Shown: positions 1-12,500 of the stretch, piece after piece
Layout: each line of letters starts with the position of its first letter
How positions within the stretch are numbered: position 1 is the first letter of the stretch
NCBI GenBank assembly: GCA_051362555.1
Contig: CM120649.1
Span: 14,756,001-14,820,000 of the forward strand
Source: Lingula anatina
Lineage: Eukaryota; Animalia; Brachiopoda
Length of the DNA: 64,000 nt
Direction: 5' to 3'
The notes under the pieces: model-generated
The model's input: the letters and a program-made list of their open reading frames with translations, nothing else
Database searches by the model: none
What the model was told of the DNA's origin: nothing
Translations under genes and position numbers: made by a program

Positions 1-407
1 CTAAAAATAAAGTTTACAATTAAATCCCAGACTTGACATATAAACTCTTGATCATAACTTTGTATTTATTGATAATTCCGTAGCTAATACAGGAATTTAA
101 AGACCAACTTAATAGTTTCATTTTTGTCTCCCTTCTATTTTTTCCTTGATTCTTCTCTATACTTTCAGATTTAATTTCACTTTCATTTTCTCTCTAGGTA
201 CAATTTAGATTACATTTCCATTTTGCTTTCACTTTCATTTTCACATTTCAGGAAACCAGCGGTGCCCTGTTCAGTGGCACTAAACTCTCATATTAGTGGA
301 CAATACATCCCTGCCTTTTTCAATTAAATGGTTGCATTTTCATTTCATTGGCACTTTCACTCTCATAATGAATTTCACTTTCACTTTCAATTTCATTTGT
401 ATTCCAG

Positions 408-514
408 GAGACCTGTAGCACCTTGGCCAGTTGCACTGGACTCCCGGTAGTGGACGATATTGACCTGCCCCCTCAGATGATTCCAAGGGAGATCCAGACA
501 GGAGTTACCCTCAA
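408..514 (+). CDS. Gene 1 exon (ETCSTLASC...[10 protein letters not shown])
   Basis: ttccag acceptor, gtaagt donor; phase 2 joins the exon at 2122. Confidence 0.8.
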
Positions 515-3415
515 GTAAGTACAGGGTTCAAGCTCACAAGAGAAAAAGTCCATGTTGGTATAAATTTCAATATTCTTGATAATCTTAGAGCGCATTCTCA
601 ACGAATTAAGCCAGGCTTTACAAAGCTGGTGACCTAAAAATGGCGGACGTACATGAAAGAAAAAACGCCTAATCTTTTAATAGTCTCTCCGCCTCTCACA
701 CGCCTCCCCACACGTTGTCCCTGTGGGGTACAGTAATTAAATCTCGGCTCCGAACATTAATATTTCTGTGAATATCTCTGGTGATATTATCTCCGTAGAT
801 AGTCGATTCATTGCTGCTCTACGGGCCAAATTATTCCTTTTTCGTCTCTGTTTTCAAAGATAATAGAACAGAAGAGCTTTTTTCCTTCGATCGCCTTCAG
901 CCTTCAGCTTTCTTCACCACGAGTTTAACTGATGAGCATGCGGACTTAATATTTCTCAGGTAGCTTCTGCATGGCGAACGGAGACGCGATTCAATTACTG
1001 TACCCTGCAGGGACGACGTGTGGGGAGGCGGAGAGACTATTAAAAGATTAGGCGGTTTTTCTTTCATGTACGTCTGCCATTTTTAGGTCACCGGCTTTGT
1101 AAAGCCTGGCTTAATTCGTTGAGAATGTGCTCTTAGTCTATTTTGTGGGATTAATCTGTTGAACTGGGTACTGTAGTTCATTAAAGTAATGTATTATTAT
1201 AGCTATAATATTAGTCTAAAACGCCCCTGCCATTTCTGAAAAATTTACAATTTTCTGCTTTGAAAAGATTGAGTCATTACAATAGCTTTGTTTTATGAAA
1301 CTGACTCCAGATATGGTTGTAGAGAGATAATTGACAGGTAATTTGTGCCCCCTGGGATAGATTTTATTATCGAGTTCGTAACATGTAATATATGATGTGC
1401 CAGTTATCAATCAGCGAAGTCTCAAGTGCAAGAAATCTCGTGGGAGACTGATAGGCTGTATTCACAACTAAAGTTGATCCTCAGACTAACTGATCTGTGG
1501 ATCAAATATGGCTGATCAACTTGAAAGCTTGCCATGTGATCCCTGTGGGAAATCTATTCAGTGCCTGTTAGGGGATTATGTGGCAAACTTTCAAGTGAGT
1601 TGGCCATATTTGATCTGCGGATCTGTTAGATGGAGGATAAACTCCTTGTGAATGTGGGCATATATGTATGTATGAGCTAAAGCCATCTCATTTTCTGAAT
1701 GCACTTGTGCGTTCATAGTTAAGCTTGTTCTGTACCAGCAACTTATTAAGTGGTTATCATTGTCTGATCAACACTGCTGAAGTACATCAGGCTTTTAAGG
1801 GTTCTCTCAGTTGCATCAATGCTACAAAAAAAAAAAAAAAAGATAAATAATAAAATTAAAAAGTATTTGTGATTAAATGATAAAAAAATTGGGGAAAAAT
1901 TAAGCACATTTCTGGCAATATCAAAGTAAGCAGCTGTAAACTAGCTCTACAAGGAAGCACTTGGAAAAATAGCTTCAATTTCAAAGACACACGTTTATGA
2001 AATCCAAGACAATTGCCATTGAAACGGCAGGAAGTTTTAAAAAATTCATTATCATGTGTTTATAAATAGGCTAAATAACAAATAAATCTCAATTTGTATA
2101 AAATATATATATGTATTTCAGTTTCATCTCCAGCAGAAAGCCAGGACAATCCTTTGCCATGCAGCCTATTTATGTGACAGAGGACAATTTCAATGAGTGT
2201 GTCACTGAGGGGGGGACACCTGTCATTGCTGAACCCACCCACAGCGTGTTTCAAGTGGACAGGCAGTTCCTGCAGCCTGGCAACAATTACTTTATTGGTG
2301 AGAATTTGAGAGAAAGTGATTGGATGTAACACAGCCCTTAGCAAAATGTCAGGCCTGCTGCAAAATTGCAGTGAATTTGCAGCAAATTTGCTGCAATATT
2401 GCCACAAACTGCAATTCCTTCTTGCAAATCTGCAGCAAATTTGCTGTAATATTGCTGCAAGTCAGCAGTAATAATTTTTCTGGCAAACTCTTGCAAACTT
2501 ATAAATGCAAACTTTTACCTTGCGACAATAATGCTACCACCTTTTCATTCAGTGAAATGTTTTTTGCATGTTTGTTTTGTGTGTGTTGGAGGTGGGGGGT
2601 ATGGGCAATAACATCATTAATAATAGTTTAAAAAGTATGATAAGAACTTTTTCTTTTGACAGGAAAAACACTTGGGTGATAACTTTATTGGTGAGAGTTG
2701 GAAAGAATATGAGTAGATGTCAAACAATTGTTTTCTTTTGAAAATGAGTGTGTGGGTATGATTTGTCTCTGATCTATTTGTAGAGGGAGGGAGAATTGAC
2801 TGACACAGTTCGCGGCAGACATAAGTATATTGTTCTTGCCTTCAAAACTTACATAAAGAACTAGAAAGAAAAACAATTACATAAAGTAAAAGAAATAATA
2901 AAAGTGAAGTACATTCATGAGAATGGGTCTATTAAAATTTTTGTAAATTTTGTAAATTCAGACATAATTATCATATCCTGTTTTTGGATGGGGATAGATA
3001 CCAAGAAATAATAATTGTTTCTTCAATGTCCACAAGCACCACCTGGCCAATACAGGCAGTTCCTCAGGTGACGCACATTTTTCCTTCTATAATGTACATA
3101 CATCACATAAGCAGTTCAATTTTCCTGAAAGGTTAATTAGTTTCTGGAGGAAAACATGGATGCTGAATTAACCATAGCAACCACAAAGTAAGCCTCAGGA
3201 CATACTTGCCTCGAGAAAAACACGGAAAAGATCTATTGAGGCAGATATTGCGATGATTGGTGCCACTGTAGAAGGAGGCGAGAGGGCAAATGATGTCAGA
3301 GAGATATTTGTTATTACTTTTTTTTTTGCTGGAAGAGAAGTGGAAAGATGACACCCTGTGCTTTACTGTTGTATTGACAGTGCCTTAATTAATTACAGTA
3401 CTAGTAATTATCCAG

Positions 3416-3502
<87 letters not shown>

Positions 3503-6500
3503 CATTACTCCTAGATAATCTATGATAATTATAGGTATTCTCCAAGCATTAGAAAAAATCCCCATATTCATATTTATGTCCTGTAAAACTTCTTATATTT
3601 CCCAAATTAGACCCTAAATATGATAAAACCTTTTGAATTGAAGTTTATCTGAAGCATACCTAGACCCCATTCCACTACCTCAATTGATCTAACAGGATCG
3701 ACCCATCCCCGTGGCCTTTCTCTCTTAATTTCTTTCAGCTTAAGTGGCTCGGAGGTCTGGCACGCCTACTGATGCTGCTAAACGATAGTTTATTACCCCC
3801 TAACAGCTTCAGTAGGCATGCCAGACATCACAGCCACTTTTTCTGAAAGCAATTTAGCAAAAAAAAAAACAAAAAAAAAAAAAAAAAACTCAGAGTTGGG
3901 TCGATCCTGCTAGATCCATCTAGGTATGGGAACAGAGTCCTAGTGTCATTATTATCTTCATAGCCTACCCAGGTTACCACTGCCAAATTTCAAGGTCTGC
4001 ATTATACAAGGCACAGGGCCATAATACAAAACACCTCGCCATTTTTTCTTATGTGAAAACAAGACAACGTGCTTAACGGCAGTTGTTGTTCTACTTGACT
4101 GGCCAGTCATTTAAAACTAAATAATTAAATTGAAAATGGAGTTAGACACCAAGTCCTAGTGCAGTGACAGGTCAAGCAATAATTTCGTGAGTAGAAGAAA
4201 ATTGCTGTTTACCTCAGGCAAATTCATTTTGGCTGAAATTCCATAGAGAGCACTTTTAAGGGGCATGTTACCATTCAGCCAATGGTAGTACAGGTCAGTC
4301 AACTTTGTAACTATATATATATATATATATATGTCCTACATGTGTAGTATAATAACTTTTTCTTGCCAAGATGCAAAAATGCAAGAATGAACAATACCAT
4401 CTCGGCCCATACCAGTTCCCTTGAATAAGGTTCATCCCCCCATTTCCCAGAAAGTTCATAAGACAGGATCCTTAAGACCTTTGTGGCACTTATGTTTATT
4501 ATTTTTCACAGACTGAGCTTAGACAATTGAATATTAGCCTTTTGTGGTCTATAACTGTCCAGTAATTACTTTTAGATTGGGTTTCATGAGAGAGAGAAAA
4601 GGAAGCTGTCATGACTGGCTGTGAGTTTATAAGGACTGTAATGTGGCAGGGAAATTAAATTAAGAAACCTGTATTATTTATTTATTTTTTCTACTCGGAG
4701 GGGGGGGGGGGGGGGGGGGTGAGAAAGGTGTTTGAGTTGTTCAGCAGAAAACCCAAATTTTTAAAAAAATGATTGAAATATATCTTATTTTCTACTTTAA
4801 ATGAACCAGGAACACCAATGTAAAATTTAAAGCTTGTATTTTTGTTGGACATTTTTGATTTAAATATAAACATTTTTATATGAGTTCACTGATAGAAAAA
4901 TAATAAGAATATTAGACCATCAAGGAATTAGTATTGCTTTTAAGTTGGTCTGCTTGGTTATTGGTTTTGATTCACTGTCGTCAGCCAGCATTGTTTAGCC
5001 TTGATCCATTTGCTCCCCCCTAAACCCCCCCCTCCCCTGGCATCATTCGCTGTCTGGTGCCTCTTTACTTTTCCAAATGTAAATTAGAGATTTTGCCGAA
5101 AGAAACAGCAAGCAAGACAACTCAAATCCTGTGAGCTGTCTGTTCAACAATCACTTAGAGGTCAATTTGATTTCCTCCTTGTTGTGTCCAGTATTAATTA
5201 TTGTCCTGTGGGTGCTCTGTGTCTCGCCTCTTCCTGAGAGACCTAATTGATTTGGTCAAAATTGATTTTTCAAAATAATTCAATCAAAATGCCAACATAG
5301 TGTTAACATGGACAGTATATACCATTGCTGAGATAGTCCTAACACTCACCAATTTAGCCAAATGCTAAAACTGACTAAAATTAGCCAAACAAAATAGGGT
5401 TGATTTGACTTGTTTTAGTCATATTTAATCTATTTGGAGAAAAAAGTGATAAAAAGTTGTGATTTGGCTAAGGGAAAAAATGCCAGTTGCTACCCCAGGC
5501 TTGGTTTCACAGGTCACAAGTAACCTTAGACTGATAATAGAAGATTTTATTATAGACCTGTATAATGTGCATGATATCAATATGAACTTACATAAAGCAA
5601 AGAAACCTCATGGGTCAATCATGTATACTCAGACTTTTGATTATTCAGATTGGGTTTTATTTCTACCGAAATGTTAGCTCTGATGGCACTGACATAATCA
5701 TATTGTTTTTATCTTTGGATAGGTTTTTATAGTCTTTGAGGTCTGAATTGGGAATATGTATCAGTAGCTTCCAACAATCTGTAGAGGTAGAAGATGCTAC
5801 TGTGGGACATTTTCAAATGCAGATAGCAATTTACCTTTAATTGTACCACCAGCGTAGGCGCTGGCGGTACCCATGGTTTTAGTCCCGACCCGTATGTTCC
5901 GCCGGCTCCTGCGGCTCCTGCGGCTCCTGCGGCTCCTGCGGCTCCGCCGCCAAGTCACCGTTACCGCTTCTCCTCCTAGACGGTAAGGGCCCCTGTACCC
6001 ATCTCTTGGATTTAGGTCACCTATAATCTCAACTCGTTCCACGTAAAATTTGGGCTTTGTCGGTATTGGGGTCTAGGTGTGGCACTCATTGCAATGCACC
6101 CTTGTCTAAAAATGGCAAAATTAAATGCTAATTATCTACCCTACGGAAGGAGTTATGGGAAAAATTTCTACAGACAGCTTTCCAAAAGTCATATGTGTAG
6201 ATTTCAAATATGCCCTTGGATTTGACCTTTGACCTTTATTTCAAGGTCAAACGGGCCAAAATTTTCAAAAAAATGACTTTTTTTACGAAAAAAAATTTTT
6301 TTGCCCTGTTATTCAGATACCACACAGACTTAACCAATAATATTATTGGAAAGTGTAACCCTTCGGGTCATCTTTCATCTCCGTGAATTTGGGGTCAATC
6401 GGTGCATTTTCACGGGAGTAGCGGCCATAAAGTACCGAAACTGAAAACTGTCTCTAATTCGGGAACCGTTAATGCTAGAGACCCATTCTTTTTTGCATTT

Positions 6501-9500
6501 TGTAGAGCATGTAAAGCCCAACACTGGAGGTGGTCACCGTTTTTTTGTATTCCATACGGTTTTCAAGTTACGCTGTATCAAAAAGTACATATTGGTGGTG
6601 AAAGCAAAATGTGCAGTACGGTAATGGATAATAAATTTTGAACTCTGGAAAAATAATACATAAGGCTTGGCAAAGCAGACAACTTGTGGTCAAAAATGAC
6701 ATTATTTCATCAAATTTGAACTTCTGGAAATTCAGAGCACCTCCTATTTTAAGAATTTTGACCAAAATGATGTTTTCTTTATTTTAATTAATCTTTTCTG
6801 TAGGAAATTTATGGCACATTATGGTAACTCCAAAATTATAACATTTAGTCCCTTATATCTCCAAAACTGGCAGAGATAGGTCCATAGTTACTATTGAAGT
6901 TGAATAGGAAGTCACATACTGGCAATCCAAATGTGACCTTGAAATTGACCTTTGACCTACTTTTCACCATGAACTGAACTTTGCAAATTTTGCTTCCCTT
7001 TTATCTCCAAAACTGGCAGAGATATGTCCATAGTTACTATTGAACTTGAATAGGAAGTCATATACTGGCAATCTAAATGTGAACTTAAAATTGACGTTTG
7101 ACCTACTTTTCACCATGAACTGAACTTTACAAATTTTGCTTCCCTTTTATCTCCAAAACTGGCAGAGATAGGTCCATGGTTACTGTTGAACTTGAAAAGG
7201 AAGTCATATACTGGCAATCTAAATGTGACCTTAAAATTGACCTTTGACCTATTTTTCACCATGAACTGAACTTTGCAAATTTTGCTTCCCTTATATCTCC
7301 AAAACTGGCAGAGATAAGTCCATAGTTTTTATTGAACTTGAATGGGAAGTCATATACTGGCAATCTAAATGTGACCTTTAAATTGACCTTTGACCTACTT
7401 TTCAGCATGAACTGAACTTTGCAAATTTTGCTTCCCTTTTATCTCCAAAACTGGCAGAGATAGGTCCATAGTTACTATTGAACTTGAATAGGAAGTCATA
7501 TACTGGCAATCTAAATATGACCTTAAAATTGACCTTTGACCTACTTTTCACCATGAACTGAACTTTACAAATTTTGCTTCCCTTATATCTCCAAAACTGG
7601 CAGAGATAGGTCCATAGTTACTATTGAAGTTGAATGGGAAGTCATATACTGGCAGTCTTAATATGACCGTAAAATTGACCTTTGACCTACTTTTCACCAT
7701 GAACTGAACTTTGCAAATTTTGCTTCCCTTTTATCTCCAAAACTGGCAGAGATAGGTCCATAGTTACTATTGAACTTGAATAGGAAGTCATATACTGGCA
7801 ATCTAAATATGACCTTAAAAATGACCTTTGACCTACTTTTCACCATGAACTGAACTTTGCAAATTTTGCTTCCCTTATATCTCCAAAACTGGCAGAGATA
7901 GGTCCATAGTTACTATTGAAGTTGAATGGGAAGTCATATACTGGCAGTCTTAATATGACTGTAAAATTGACCTTTGACCTACTTTTCACCATGAACTGAA
8001 CTTTGCAAATTTTGCTTCCCTTTTATCTCCAAAACTGGCAGAGATAGGTCCATAGTTACTATTGAAGTTGAATGGGAAGTCATATACTGGCAGTCTTAAT
8101 ATGACCGTAAAATTGACCTTTGACCTACTTTTCACCATGAACTGAACTTTGCAAATTTTGCTTCCCTTTTATCTCCAAAACTGGCAGAGATAGGTCCATA
8201 GTTACTATTGAAGTTGAATGGGAAGTCATATACTGGCAGTCTTAATATGACCGTAAAATTGACCTTTGACCTACTTTTCACCATGAACTGAACTTTGCAA
8301 ATTTTGCTTCCCTTTTATCTCCAAAACTGGCAGAGATAGGTCCATAGTTACTATTGAACTTGAATAGGAAGTCATATACTGGCAATCTAAATATGACCTT
8401 AAAAATGACCTTTGACCTACTTTTCACCATGAACTGAACTTTACAAATTTTGCTTCCCTTATATCTCCAAAACTGGCAGAGATAGGTCCATAGTTACTAT
8501 TGAAGTTGAATGGGAAGTCATATACTGGCAGTCTTAATGTGACCGTAAAATTGACCTTTGACCTACTTTTCACCATGAACTGAACTTTGCAAATTTTGCT
8601 TCCCTTTTATCTCCAAAACTGGCAGAGATAGGTCCATAGTTACTATTGAACTTGAATAGGAAGTCATATACTGGCAATCTAAATATGACCTTAAAAATGA
8701 CCTTTGACCTACTTTTCACCATGAACTGAACTTTGCAAATTTTGCTTCCCTTATATCTCCAAAACTGGCAGAGATAGGTCCATAGTTACTATTGAACTTG
8801 AATAGGAAGTCATATACTGGCAATCTAAATATGACCTTAAAAATGACCTTTGACCTACTTTTCACCATGAACTGAACTTTACAAATTTTGCTTCCCTTTT
8901 ATCTCCAAAACTGGCAGAGATAGGTCCATAGTTACTATTGAACTTGAATAGGAAGTCATATACTGGCAATCTAAACGTGACCTTAAAATTGACCTTTGAC
9001 CTACTTTTCACTATGAACTGAACTTTGCAAATTTTGCTTCCCTTTTATCTCTAAAGTTACACTGTATCAAAAAATACATATTTGTGGTGAAAGCAAAATG
9101 TGCAGTACGGTAATGGATAATAAATTTTGAACTCCGGAAAAATAATACATAAGGCTTGGCAAAGCAGACAACTTGTGGTCAAAAATGACATTATTTCATC
9201 AAATTTGAACTTTTGGAACTTCAGAGCACCTCCTATTTTAAGAATTTTGACCAAAATGATGTTTTCTTTATTTTAATTAATCTTTTCTGTAGGAAATTTA
9301 TGGCACATTAAGGTAACTCCAAAATTATAACATTTAGTCCCTTTTATCTGCAAAACTGGCAGAGATAGGTCCATAGATACTATTGAACTTGAATAGAAAG
9401 TCATATACTGGCAATCTTACTGTGACCTTGAAATTGACATTTGACCTATTTTTCACCATGAACTGAACTTTGCAAATTTTGCTTCCCTTTTATCTCTAAA

Positions 9501-12500
9501 ACTGGCAGAGATAGGTCCATAGTTACTATTGAACTTGAATAGGAAGTCATATACTGGCAATCTAAGTGTGGCCTTGAAATTGACCTTTGATCTACTTATT
9601 ATCATGAACTGAACTCTGCTAATTTCTTTCTCTTTTAACTCCAAACCTGGCAGAGATAGGCCCATAGTTACTATTGAACTTTAATAGGAAGTCATATACT
9701 GGCAATCTAAGTGTGACCTTGAAATTGACCTTTGATCTACTTATTATCATGAACTGAACTCTGCTAATTTCTTTCTCTTTTAACTCCAAACCTGGCAGAG
9801 ATAGGTCCATAGTTACTATTGAACTTGAATAAGAAATCATATACTGGCAATTTACTCTGACCTTGAAAATGACCTTTCACCTACCTTACGATGAACTTAA
9901 ATTTGATTGTACCATTTTTAGTTTCATATATTTTTTGCATATATTGAAAATTCTTGTTGATTGCATGTTTACAGCTTGTCAAGCACAAGACTGGTGACTG
10001 TGTCCCTTATTTTGTGTATGTGGGGGTCTATACGAATGCGCTTGCTCCAGCTGGTGGTACAATATTCGGAGGCGGTATCGCCTCTCTGATCCTCTAGTTT
10101 TACTTACATTTAGGGGCTGAATATAGTGGTTGAACACAACCTGTAGGTTTTATAATATTTACTCATAAGAGCAATTGGTTACTTCAAGAAGGTTCTAGTA
10201 AAAACAATTTATGCCATATGATTTTCATTTTTAAATTTTCTTTTTTCAGCATGCAGATTCTGTGCTAAATGATACATAAGTCATCTGTTTTTATGTGGTA
10301 ATTTCATTATATAAAAAGCTTGTAACAGTTTATAATTTCATTGTACATTGAATAAAGAGCACTTAACAGGCCCTTGAGATATACTTACTAGTAACAAAAG
10401 TCTGTTCAACAAGGAAATAGAGTTTTTTTTTAGAATTGCAATATATATAAAACTGAAGGGCTTATTTTCACATCCTTATTTTTTATGAGTTCATTATTTG
10501 ATTTATTTGGCTGATGTCATTCAGATATTAAAAAACTGGCATATGAGAAAGAAAGGATATGCTATTGTCTAAGGGTAGTACCCTTTTTCTCCTGTATGAC
10601 ATTATGGGGCCTGTTTTACTTAAAAGTCTGAAAATTGCTTTAAAATTTAAGAGAAGAATTTCAGTCTACTTTTATTCAAGATTTACATCATTTTACAAGT
10701 TTTACATCTGTTTTATTAGAAAAAAATTGACCTAGCTGATATGTTTCAGTCCAATTCGTATTTAATTATTTAAATGACCCTAAAGCATCCAATTTTGAAA
10801 CTTGTTCGAGCATCTTGTCAAAGTGCCTGATTATATTAACCTTTCCATAGAGAGTCAATCAAAGGTAGCTCAACTATGGTGGCAGTGGGCGGGACAACAG
10901 ATGGATTAGAATTGCACCCTGTGGTGACCTGACGACAATCAGATGTCCAGCCGAGAGGGATCATTTGGAGTTAGGTTCACCAGTCGCCAAGTTGTCTAAA
11001 AACATGCTCTTAATTTACACCGCGCATTTTATTTTTGGCAAGAACTGATTTAGAGACAAAATGGGCCTGCTACTTCATGTTCACCTAATTAGATAAATGA
11101 GTGAATGTCCTCAGTCCTAGAATCAAGAATATTAGAAAAATTAGTTTGGTGTACAAATGATATAAATGTATATTTTTGATTAGAAGAAGATACTTAGTAA
11201 GTTCATTTGTTTTTTTGCTCGACATACACATCAGAATTTTTATCAATAATTCAGGCACTCCTAGCTTATAAGCCTACAGAAGCAAATCCCCGATACAAAC
11301 ATGGTTAAATCAACTCTGATCGAAGACATGGGCTTTTAATCACCTAGGCTAAAAGCTCCTGGTACCGGTTGTAGCTTTTGACATTTTCAGGAAACTCTCT
11401 GAATTCAATTTAGGAATTAGAACAGAAGTGTTTGCTTGGCGTGAGATAAGAATCACAGAATATATCACAGGTTACATTTCAGTGCAGTTGAAAGATGCTG
11501 TACTGAGTGGGGCATCCATTTGGGACCGTAATTTTAAGGGTATACCCAGGACAAAGAATGCAAATTTAAAAAAAATTTTATAGATTACAAGGAAGTATCG
11601 AGTACAGTACATGTAATAGCATTACAGTTGTAAAAAGTGTGTGTGTGTGTGTGTATGTGTACATGTCTGTTTGTGCCATGTAACCTTTCTCACATTCCTT
11701 TATCTTTCCTTAAAAGTTGCTAATATTGCAATGTAAGATCAAAATATGGACTATTTATAATTTCTTCTGTTTGCCAGTATGAAATCTATAGTATGTTACC
11801 AAGCAATGCACCCCCAATTTTCGGACATTTTAATGCAGACAAGCCCGAGTTCCAGAGATCATTGTCAACTAAACCCCAACTATCAGCATGACTCTGCTTT
11901 GGTCAGAAACTCAGGGCGACCAATGAAAGACAAGTAAAAATGTATATTAATTACTATATATATACATCATACATGTATGAATACATCTTCAGCCCACCTC
12001 TCCTTTCATATCAGTGGAAATATTCTTTGAGCAGCCAGAGTGACTCTGTGAAGTACATTTTGAATTTGTTGGCTTCAGAAGCCATATAGGGGAGAAAAAT
12101 GGAGATGTGTGTCCAAGTGATGTGTTTGAACATTGATTGCTGATAAATTCATAATATTATGTTTTCGGAAAGTGACCAGAAACTTGTAGACTGATATGAT
12201 GTCTGATGGTCAAGTATCTTGGGCTAAAGGATAATTAAAAAAGTCAAAGAAATTACCTTTGGTTTAAATAGGTTTTCATAATTATAATAATGATTATAAT
12301 AATAAAATTATAATGGCAACATTATTTATGATTATAATGAAAATGATTATGATTTATTGAGGATAAGATAAGTTTACATTAATAGGTTCTTTAGACTACG
12401 TTCTCTATACAAAGTGTATTAAAAGAAAAACTATATGAAACATCAATCAAAGGATAATTACATGCATTAAATGAGTTAACAATATTCCATAAGTTCTCTA

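Noticed and set aside
2340-2520. GCAAATTTGC/CTGCAG-rich segment with overlapping ORFs
   Set aside because: Low-complexity palindromic repeat, probably a TE fragment; no termini or TSD could be defined
5797-6042. [12 protein letters not shown] (also 56556-56750) resembling a protamine or SR protein
   Set aside because: It is the translation of the 9-bp microsatellite at the HINE end
6850-9890. Regular repeat array as a CRISPR-like locus
   Set aside because: Head-to-tail 146-bp units with no unique spacers, no cas genes, eukaryotic context
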